A stretch of 20,000 bases of DNA from assembly GCA_013265495.1 (NCBI GenBank), contig MU057403.1:408009-428008 (forward strand), written 5' to 3'. The notes beneath the pieces are model-generated. The model worked only from the letters and a program-made list of their open reading frames with translations. It did not search any database and was not told the origin of the DNA. The stretch comes from Vicugna vicugna (lineage: Eukaryota). This document shows, one piece after another, positions 11,399 to 20,000 of the stretch; the stretch's first letter is position 1; each line of letters begins with the position of its first letter. A program made the translations under genes and the position numbers.

Positions 11399-11497
11399 GC
11401 TGTGGGTGGAGGAAAGCAGGGAGGCTACCCACGGTACCCCCGCCGCGCTGAGGACGCTCAGGAGCCCGGCGACCCAGCCCCCGCGCACCATGAACAG
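11399..11497 (+). CDS. ST8SIA6: ST8SIA6 coding exon 2 (stem region)
   Basis: Acceptor ttttcttcctgctgtgcAG|G. The first G completes AG-G (Arg) from exon 1, then LWVEESREATHGTPAALRTLRSPATQPPRTMN, matching recalled human ILVEESREATHGTPAALRTLRSPATAVPRATN. Donor AG|GTACCC; 99 nt, phase 2/2. No further exon was recognised in the window. Confidence 0.95.
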
Positions 11498-11636
11498 GTA
11501 CCCGCGTTGCCGGGCGGCCAAGGGGTGGGCGCGGGGAGGCTCCGTGGCTGCTTGCGGATCAGGGACGGCGCTCGGCTGCACTCGCAAGACTCGCTTTGAG
11601 TTGTTTGGCTGGCACCACACGATTGAGTGGATTTGA

Positions 11637-11728
11637 GCGTGTGTATGCGTGCGTGTGAGGGAGAGAAGAGAGACAGACAGACAATATGTGTGTGCACACG
11701 CGCGCGCGTTAACTCTCTCACACTCCCT
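11637..11728. repeat. Compound GT/GA/CG low-complexity repeat at the start of intron 2
   Basis: gcgtgtgtatgcgtgcgtgtg, gagagaagagagacagacagac, atatgtgtgtgcacacgcgcgcgcgt, ctctctcacactccctc. Confidence 0.8.
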
Positions 11729-12094
11729 CAACCTCCCCCGTAAAGCGTGTCCGTGGATGTGGATGTTCTTTGAACCAAGGGAGATTAAAAAAAAAAAACA
11801 AAAAACAAAACAGCTGCACTTTCAAAAAAAATGGATACTGAGTGCCCCTCTCCGTAACGGTGTGTTGAAAACCTGGAGAAGGAGCTCAGCCTTGTCTGTG
11901 GAGGGATTTGATCGGTTTGCTTTGTGTGTCTTTATGTTTTTGAGTGGACCGGTGTTCAGACTGACGTTTAGGAGAATAGAATTCTGTGCACAGTGTTGAG
12001 AATGTTTTTGGCCTTAGTGAATGGAGACTTAAAAATGTTCTTTTTCACTCATGAGTATTTACCCATGGGCAATAGTTATTTCGGTTTTATCGGG

Positions 12095-12720
12095 GTTTTC
12101 TTTTTCTGATTATAAACGTAATCCATTCTTAGTGCAGGAAGTTAGATGATATGAGAAATCTATTTAAAGATAGTCAATGACTTGAGACCCATCGCCCAGA
12201 GATCATATTAAGGTTTTGGTCTATATTCTTCCAGTAGTTTTTCCTATGTACATATATTTTAAAAAATACCCTTAAGATTGTATTTTGTTCTGCCTTTTTT
12301 CCCTAAAAAAAGCAGACATATATGTCATTAAATTTTTTCCTCTCAAATATTGCTTTTATTTGTTGCATAATTCATCCTATGAATGCACCATAATCTGCTT
12401 AGCTGTTTTTATTTTTAGACATTTAGATTGTTTCCTATTCTGTTTGCTATTAATAATTCTATGAAGTCCATCCTTGTATGGACATCTTTATCTTCCTTTT
12501 AAATTCTCTGGGATGGATTCACACAAGTTGGATTATTAGGTCAAAGAGTAGGTACTCGCAAGTTTCTAAATACATCTGGCCAATTGCTTCCTAGATGATT
12601 TGAATCAATTTACATTTTCACCAGCAGAATGTACTGCTTTGAGCCTCAGCATGGCTCTTATTTTTGCTATTTTGTAATAGTATACTGTCACTTTCCTGCT
12701 CTTGTGGATCCCTTTTCCTC
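12095..12720 (-). mobile_element. Ancient L1 (L1ME-like) 3' region
   Basis: tttttctgattataaa..., cccagagat, gacatttagattgtttcc, ggattattaggtcaaagagta and caatttacattttcaccagcagaatg are old-L1 3' motifs. Confidence 0.6.
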
Positions 12721-13477
12721 TATGTATCTTTCTGTGTATGCTTGGCTCTTGGATCATCTGAATCTTCTGGCTGCTGCTCTGATGCAGTTCCTGCCTGATC
12801 AGGAGAAAGGTCTGGGGGAGCCCAGAAAGAAATCTTGATGTGCACAACATTGCTTCCTGCAAACCTCCTATTGAAATTTCACAGCATATGAGAGGCACTA
12901 AGAAATCCTGGAGTAACAAAGCTTTAAAGAAAAATATTGGCCTATAGTTTTATTTTATGCAGGGTTGTGTATTATAGGTAGTAATTTTCCAATGAACTGG
13001 GGAGCAGTCCATCTTTTTGCACATCCTGGTACCGTGGTTATGCATTCTGGGGTTGTCCCTTGGGAAAAGTTTGAAAGAATACACTAATTAAATTATCCGG
13101 ACATAGGCCTTTCTTGGAGGTAATTCTTTGATCAATTTTTCAGCTTCTTTTGGCGTACTTCTTTTCTACTTGGCCTACTTCTCGAGCTAATATAGGTAAT
13201 TCATATTTTTTCAGAATGTGGTCCATTTTATTAAGATTTCAAAATTTGTACCATTCTGTTGTATTTTTAAAAACCTGTCTTTTGATCTATTTCTTTATCA
13301 TGTATGATTGATTATTTATGTGGCAAGAGTACAGATGTTAATCTATAGTACTTGGTTGTGTGGAGAAATGATAATTTCTTGATTTTTCTGTAGCTGATCT
13401 GATCTTTTCTCAAGAGCCCCAGCCATAGGTAATAGGTATGGGTAATAATGGGACAGTGATGCTAAAAGCAAGACAGA

Positions 13478-13715
13478 GAGCCAGTACTTACTGAATCCTT
13501 ATTATGGGCACTGATTTAAGGACTGTACATTTATTAGATCCCTTAATCCTTAAAAAATAACAGTTGATACTATTACTTTCCTCATTTTACAGCCGAGGAA
13601 ACTCAGGTGCAGGGAGATGAAGTAAACTGCCCAGAGTTGACAGATTGTGGAGCCAGGAGTCAGACCTAGGCCACGTGGACCCAGAATCCCACACACTTAA
13701 CCTCCCTGCTGTGTA
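13478..13715 (-). mobile_element. MIR SINE
   Basis: MIR core tattactttcctcattttacagccgaggaaactcaggtgcagggagatgaagtaaactgcccagagt...ggagccaggagtcagacctagg. Confidence 0.85.
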
Positions 13716-14889
13716 TATAGTCTATCACAGGTACTAGGCAAGATGATGTGTGTGTCCAGCTTAGTCAGATGTGCCAAAATAAACAGCTCTTTCTGGTAAT
13801 GTTTATTCTCTGGGAGCAAATGCCCAGGCTTTCAGGTTGTTTCCACCATCTCTCCTTACTTTAAGATGATAACCAGATACAAGGGGGACAGGGGCTTAGA
13901 TGGTGTGGCGGCAGAGAGATGGGGAGTTAAGAGATGGAGTTCATGATCATGGTATCCTTTGACTCCTCAACCCTCCAAGGTCTGTTGGTTGGCTGAGTAC
14001 CTTGTTGACAGCCAGTTAGGAAAGCTGCGGTTTGCAGTTCATTCTTTTTCCTCAGGCATTCCACCTGCTGCTACCCACCACTGTCTTGGCCTCACCTGAG
14101 CTCCCATGGATGTTACTTTTCAGAGACCTGGTGAAGATTCTCTGTCCTGTCCTGGGTTGCCCTCTTGCAGCATTTGCCACAATGCTGTCTCACCCAGCTC
14201 TGGCTGGCTAGCTTCACAGCCAGTCTCCCCACTATTTCTGGGCCCCATCAAAACACACAAGGACCAAGGTTGGTTCAGGTGACGTGGATGGGACCCTAGT
14301 CTAAGTAAGTTTCAGGGTGGAAGGCTGCCCAAGAAGGTGATGTATTTTCAGAGTCCTGAGTTGGGGAGGAGTCAAAGCCCCATCTACCCTTTTCGTTACC
14401 CTCACCTTTCTCTCTTTAAGCCAAAGCTCTGATTTTCCTTTCTTTCTCTTCTTTCTGTCTTTGCTCTTGGCTGGAATTGTGCAGGCTTTCCCTGCCTCAT
14501 ATTTTCTTTGTTTCCCTGGCTCAAACCTACAGGCCTGGCTCACACCTAAGCCTTATGAGTAAACTGTGGAGACTGGGAGTGAAGAAAAAGGGGAAAGTTC
14601 CAGAAGGTGGGTCTTCCGGGTGAGGCAGTTAATATGCTGGAGAGGGAAAATGGAAGGAATCTGGAAAATCTTTTCTTGGGGTTGTAGCAAATCCTATTTT
14701 GCCTGCCTAAGCTGAATATGACCTTATTCTTTCTCTTTGCGTTCTTTCAAGAAACTCTTTCTCTCTTTATACTCCCCCCAAAGATGCTTCAAAATAACGA
14801 GGGAAAAGTCATGCCAAAACCAGAAAGACAACAGAGAAAAACATACTAATAATTTTCAAAATATGACCCCATCACAATGGATTCTTTCC

Positions 14890-15290
14890 CTCTCTAATAA
14901 ACTTTGTCAACATGTATCATTGATTTTTGTTTTCCCAAACAACCATCTCTTGGATTTATTTCTCAATTCTGATGTAACTCCATGTTCTGTTTCCTTTGTG
15001 TTATGTTTATCTTTTAAAATATCCTTCTTTTTTTTCCACTGTCATGTCTTGAGATGAATGCTTCATTTACTGATTTTCCTCTTTTTCTTTGTAACAAAAA
15101 TATTTACTACTATGGATTTCCCTTTAAATGTAGCTTTGCACCTGTTCTTTTAGTTTGGATACACAGTGTTTTGATTTTTTAAAATATATTTTAAATTGCT
15201 TTTAACTACATAAAAATGTAAAATTTATATCCATAGTTATTTAGGAGAGTACTTTTAAATTTCCAAGTGGTTGGAATTTTTTCTTAACTA
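14890..15290 (-). mobile_element. Old L1 ORF2 fragment
   Basis: Antisense ORF2 motifs: tttcccaaacaaccatctcttggatttatt, ttccctttaaatgtagctttgc, ttatttaggagagtacttttaaatttccaagt. Confidence 0.6.
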
Positions 15291-16039
15291 TTAACTTAAT
15301 GTGTGTTCTTAATATTCATTTTATTTTGATTATAAATGAAACCAAATAAAATCTTGCCGTAATGTCATAAGCAATCTCCAAAATATTCAATCATTAGAAA
15401 TGAGAGATTGGATTATTGTGACATTAATGACGTGGCCAGAACAAGTCTGTGTAACTAGGTGGCTTGGAATTCCAGGGTCCCTCCACAGGAACTGTCTTAG
15501 GTCCTGGTTCTACTTTGGCATCCTTTAGTGGCAGTGTCCCGTCTGGCTTTCATCTCCATGGTGATGATTCAGGATCCTATGCCTGGCTCAACTTTCTGGA
15601 GAGCAGCCACCATTCTTTGAACATCCTGATTAGTTGGTGCCTCTTTCATTGACCCACCTACAAGTTCACCAGAGATGTGAGGACCCCACTTCCACATCTC
15701 TGCTTTCCTAGAGAGGTTTGCCTGCTGACCTTTCTTTCCACTCCCTGTGACCCTTCCTCCCTGCAGTAGAACTTGATCTGTCCCTGTTTGAGAACTGAGG
15801 TTCAGTAGAGGGCTGACATCAAAAGTTAAACATGTTATATCCCAACTCATATTATTGTAGGGAGCATTTCTGCAGAGATTTTATTGTATGTTTTTACAGG
15901 AACACAAAGAAAAGGAAAACCACCTGTCATTTCAATGCCTATAAAATGTTAGTATTCATATTTTCAATAACTTTTGTATGTACAGATCTAGTAATTTTGC
16001 TATCATATTTTGGTGTGGGTTAGTAACTTTTATATTTTT

Positions 16040-16672
16040 ACTTGTATTTGCATTTATTTTGTGCTGAATTTACTCCTGGGCCATCAGCTTTTGTTTCTTC
16101 AGTTCTTTCTGGGATATCTTTTACTTCTGTGCAACCTCCTCTTCTGGTTTAGGAACAGTCTGTTCTTTTTTCAGTAAGGATCATCTCAGTGTGGCTCAAG
16201 GATCGTCTCAGTGTGGCTCACATAAGGGGTGATCTGACCGTGAGCTCTGTTAAATTCCACAGCACATCTTGGAGGCTTTGTTCAGCTGGGAATGCTCAAT
16301 GACCAGAGAATCTACATTTAAGCCCATAAATTCAGCATTACTGTCTGCATTTTTGAGCATGTGCAGTAAAAAGCCAGCACTCTTTTTTGGACCATCAAAC
16401 CTGCATCCGGCACCACTGTTTGGCCTGGGCGCACCTGCCAGCTCCACCATCTTAAAGATGGAATGGCGCACGTTGCTTGTGACATCCTTCTGATACTTTG
16501 TGGCTTTTCAGATAAGTAGACCCTTAATGGCTTGGGCAGTTTCACAAGTATTCTGAAGTTAGCACAAAGATTTGAATCTCTTGACTTGCATGATGTTGTG
16601 GGGTTTTCTGGGTCAAGTGAACAGCGAACCATTTTCTGAGGTCACCTCAGGCTGCTTACCAGAAAAGGAAAG
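16040..16672 (-). pseudogene. RPL17: RPL17 (60S ribosomal protein uL22) processed pseudogene, full length, antisense within ST8SIA6 intron 2
   Basis: From ATG 16632: MVRCSLDPENPTTSCKSRDSNL..., then in other frames PKKSAGFLLHMLKNADSNAEFMGLNVDSLVIEH and ...KQKLMAQE* (TAA at 16072-16070), matching RPL17. It has no introns and several frameshifts, a pyrimidine-rich TOP-like 5' end (ctttccttttct), and an AATAAA in the short 3' UTR followed by an A-rich stretch. Confidence 0.96.
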
Positions 16673-16689
16673 CAGTAATACATATTTTT

Positions 16690-18800
16690 TTTAACAGCAT
16701 CTGAACTTTTCCTCGTCACGTCATTAGTGTTCTTCTGCAACAATTTTCAGAGTGTGGTGTTTGCATGTATGCATGTCATCTATTTATTCTTCCCTTCTGC
16801 ATGCTTTAATACTTTTGATTTTGATGTGTCCTCTAATATGAACAGCTTTATAGCCTTACACACATTCTTGATTATTCAGATAAATTCTAGCAGTGAAGGG
16901 GCTTGATCAAAGAATATATGAAAAGTTTAAAATTTTGCTATGACTCGTCCAACAACAACAATTGTTCCAATTTATTCTCCTGTGAGGAGTCTATGAGAGT
17001 GACCATTGTCTCAAGTTCTTGCCGGATTTGTGCATTAGAGTTTCTTTCCACTTTTCCTACTTTCGTACTCAAGAGATAGTATTTTTCTGATGCCTTAATA
17101 TGTATTGGTTTGTTCACCGTTGTATTTAATTTGTAAGATATTTGTTGACTGTTTAAATGTTTTCTTTTCTAAGTTGACATTTCATACCTTTGTCTATTTT
17201 TCTTTCAAGATAGTCTAGTTTCTGGTTGTTTTACAAGAGGTTTATAAATATCAAAATTATCAAGCTTGTATTTGCCATGCATTTAAATTGACTTTAATCT
17301 AATTTAGTTAACATTTAATTATGTCTGTGGTTACTTAATCTGTAGAAGTTTTTAACCTTTTTGTGTTCATGTCACTTATATCTACTTTTCATTATCAATT
17401 CTTTTGAATTAATACATTTATTGAAAATTTATTGGTATATTTAGTACCCTGAGATAAGTGGACATCTCTCATTTTAAAATATTTAAACCTTTCCTCCTTC
17501 TAGAACTTCTTTTACTATATGGTAAAAGGCTCTTTATTAAGTTATTTTTATTCTATTATATACTTTCTTCTTTGAAAATTACTTTTTCTTTTAATTTGAA
17601 TGAAGTGATTGCTTAGAAGTCTAGAAATACCATTTAGATTCTCTTTTCAGTGTTTGACATTTGTCACTTTAAATGAGCCCCTCCTCATTTCCATAGTTTT
17701 TGTTTCCACTCCTTTCTTGGTCAGTTGGCTTGTCTTCTTTTTTCTAACATTTTTAGCCTCGGAGTGTGGATAATAGCATTTCTGAAACTTCAGATATTTA
17801 GGGTGAAATTACTATTTTTCACTGATGAGTACTGAATTATTGCATCAGAACTCCATTTAAAAATTATTTTTCATCTTAAAACTTTTGTAAGATGTTGTTC
17901 CTCTATTTTCCGAGCTCTGAAAGAGAAATGAAGGCAGTCTTAATTTTATTTCCTTAAAAGTAATCTGTTCAATGGTTTGTTTTATTGGATCCTGCTACGA
18001 TTTTTTCTTAAACTGGAAATTTTTAAAATTCATAGTGATAACATCTTTGCAGTGACTTCTTTTGATTAATTTTGTGTATAAGCCTTTTTAATCCACTGGC
18101 CTGGTTATTTTTAAATTTAAAGTTTTTGGTATCATACCCTTGATATTTTCCATATATTCTGGTTTTATTTTACACAGATCTGGGTGTATCTGAGTCATCA
18201 TTTTCATCTTCTTTTTCCTTAATGGAGGTACTGGGGATTGAACCCAGGACCTCATGCATGCTAAGCATGTGCTCTACCACTGAGCTGTGACCTCCTCCTG
18301 TGAGCCTTCATTTTCCCTCTTTTACCACTTTACCTCTTACCCACCATTCCCTTCTCATGTAAACTTAATTTCTCTTCCTGAGTTTGGTTCTCTTTGTCCT
18401 TTTCCTCTGCCCTCTGGGGAGGCTTCTCCAATTTGCCCTCGACTTTCCTGAATTATTTTTCTGTAGCGTCAGTTCTCTGTTTTGCCCTGTCTAAAACGGT
18501 GTGTCGGTTACATTTTTATTCTTTACAGTTTTTTCCTTCTTTCAGCCTGTTCCTTATCACCTTGGTTTATATCTTAGAAAGCATCTGTGTAACCTTTTAA
18601 ACCTCACCTTCCATTTCTTTGTATTTTCTTATATTTTATGGAGAACACAAAACAAATGCTCTCTAAAGATTTCTTCTGTTTCTTATAGAAAATGTTTCTC
18701 CGAAGTATGATTTTTCTCTGCATCTTAAGAATAACATTCTATCCCTAAGTTAGAGAATCTTTTTAATAAGTTTTATCATTTGGGGGCTTGCTTTTAATTT
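16690..18800 (-). mobile_element. Patchwork of highly degenerate old L1 fragments
   Basis: T-rich bias with L1ME-type motifs (gataaattctagcagtgaa..gatcaaagaatatatg, ccaatttattctcctgtgaggagtctatgagagtg). Internal boundaries not resolvable. Confidence 0.45.
18206..18298 (-). mobile_element. tRNA-Ala-derived SINE (camelid vic-1-like)
   Basis: Minus strand ggaggaggtcacAGCTCAGTGGTAGAGCacatgcttAGCatgcatgaggtcctGGGTTCAATCCCcagtacctcca plus an A-rich tail: A and B boxes and an AGC anticodon position. TSD tgagtcatcattttc (18191-18205) / tgagccttcattttc (18301-18315). Confidence 0.88.
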
Positions 18801-19109
18801 ATTTGTCCCCAGACAAGGAGTCCTTTCTCTGGCTTTTTCTGGCCTTGTGCTCATCAGACAGGACACCTTAGAACTCCTAGTGGCCCCCACCAGGGGACCA
18901 GAGGCCCCCCTTCTTAGAGCATACCCTGGAGAAGAGCTGGAGCCATGTGGCCAGAAAAATGTTTGGTTTTTAAAAATTTTGAATGAAAAACAAATGTGGT
19001 AAAATACAGATAACAGAAAATTTACTGATTTTATTTTTTAAATACTGGACCTCAAAGCTATCTCTTGCTCCTGTGTTTTGATATCATGATTGTCAGAAAG
19101 CCATGTATT

Positions 19110-20000
19110 CCTAGGTCCACACAAAAACTAGTAGAGCTGATCGAATAATTCAGCAAGGTAGCAGGTTACAAGATTCACGTTCAAAAATCAGTTGCATTTC
19201 TTTACACTGATGATGAATCAACAGAAAAAGAAAGTAAAGAAACAATCCCCTTTAAAATAGCACCCAAAGTAGTAAAATACCTAGGAATAAATCTAACCAA
19301 GGAGGTGAAAGAATTATACACAGAAAACTATAAACCATTGATGAAGGAAATTAAAGACTTAAAAAAACGGGAAGATATCCTATGCTCCTGGATTGGAAGA
19401 ATCAATATTGTTAAAATGNNNNNNNNNNNNNNNNNNNNNNNNNNNNNNNNNNNNNNNNNNNNNNNNNNNNNNNNNNACAGAACTAGATCATAATAAAATT
19501 TATATGGAACCACAAAAGACCTAGACTTGCCAAAGCATTACTGAAGAAAAAGAAAGAGGCTGCAGGAATAACTCTCCAAGACTTCAGACAATACTGTAGA
19601 GCTACAGTCATCAAGACAGCATGGTATTGCTACAAAAACAGGCATGTAGGCCAATGGAACAGAATAGAGAGCCCAGAAATGAACCCACAAACTTTTGGTC
19701 AACTAATCTTCAACAAAGGAGGCAAGACTATACAATGGAATAAAGACAGTCTCTTCAGCAAATGGTGTTGGGAAAACTGGACAGCAGCATGTAAATCAAT
19801 GAAGCTAGAAGATTCCCTTACACCATACACAAAAATCAACTCAAAATGGATCAAAGACTTAAACATAAGACAAGATACAATAAACCTCCTAGAAGAAAAT
19901 ATAGGCAAAACATTATCTCACATACATCTCAAAAATGTTCTCCTAGAACAGTCTACCCAAGCAATAGAAATAAAAGCATGAATAAACAAATGGGACCTAA
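19110..20000 (+). mobile_element. 5'-truncated LINE-1 ORF2 fragment (end of the RT domain onward), disrupted, running off the window
   Basis: [29 protein letters not shown]...[27 protein letters not shown]...[12 protein letters not shown] and [27 protein letters not shown] are L1 ORF2p. In-frame TAA at 19146-19148, an apparent frameshift near 19487, and TGA at 19979-19981. Confidence 0.95.
19419..19476. other. Assembly gap (58 N)
   Basis: Run of N inside the L1. Confidence 1.

Larger units (their letters stand above)
10130..11720. promoter_or_regulatory. ST8SIA6: CpG island / ST8SIA6 promoter, 5' UTR and intron 1
   Basis: Abrupt switch from AT-rich, CpG-poor flanks to very GC- and CpG-rich sequence spanning both exons. 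CCAAT box (gcCCAATcag) at 10334-10338 and GC box GGGGCGGGA at 10529-10537. No clear TATA box. The TSS cannot be read from sequence. Confidence 0.9.

Noticed and set aside
10114..11999. Many long overlapping ORFs (up to 279 aa) on both strands
   Set aside because: Low-complexity Arg/Gly/Ala/Pro translations expected from stop-poor CpG-island DNA. Only the two exon segments resemble a known protein.
15300..15840. Possible old MaLR/LTR remnant (also 13900-14250)
   Set aside because: The composition is suggestive, but I could not identify termini or a family.
16250..16632. Functional RPL17 retrogene
   Set aside because: Multiple frameshifts, deletions and a 22-bp duplication destroy the reading frame.
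16636..16650. Palindrome CTGAGGT-C-ACCTCAG
   Set aside because: Only 7-bp arms, and it lies within the retrocopied RPL17 5' UTR; no evidence of function.
18222..18298. tRNA-Ala(AGC) gene
   Set aside because: The acceptor stem is imperfect, and the A-rich tail and TSD indicate a SINE.
11498..20000. ST8SIA6 exon 3 or an antisense lncRNA exon
   Set aside because: No segment resembling the next expected residues (recalled TYLNEKSLQLTEKC) was found, and lncRNA exons cannot be called from sequence alone.
1..20000. Novel multi-gene, CRISPR-like or defence system
   Set aside because: There is no repeat-spacer array, operon structure or unexplained coding region. The window is explained by one mammalian gene 5' end, one retrocopy and common repeats.

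Overview
Mammalian genomic DNA, most likely a camelid, inferred from a tRNA-Ala-derived SINE at ~18.2 kb. The centre is a CpG island (~10.1-11.7 kb) holding the promoter and first two coding exons of the alpha-2,8-sialyltransferase gene ST8SIA6 on the + strand (10785-10885 and 11399-11497). The rest of the window after 11497 appears to be intron 2. That intron contains a full-length antisense RPL17 processed pseudogene, a MIR, a tRNA-SINE, old L1 debris and a younger sense-strand L1 ORF2 fragment spanning a 58-N gap. The upstream 7 kb is a nested stack of transposons: ancient L1, a MER21-like LTR, an MLT1-like LTR split by an L1, a Tigger2-type MITE and L1 3' ends with readable target-site duplications. 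I see no support for a novel multi-gene system. The most testable observations concern the ST8SIA6 5' end (possible CUG-initiated poly-Ala extension, intron 1 open in frame with exon 2, a skippable exon 2, GGC repeats, a G4 motif) and the history of the RPL17 retrocopy. Gene and repeat-family names come from recalled consensus sequences, not from a database search, and old-repeat boundaries are approximate.
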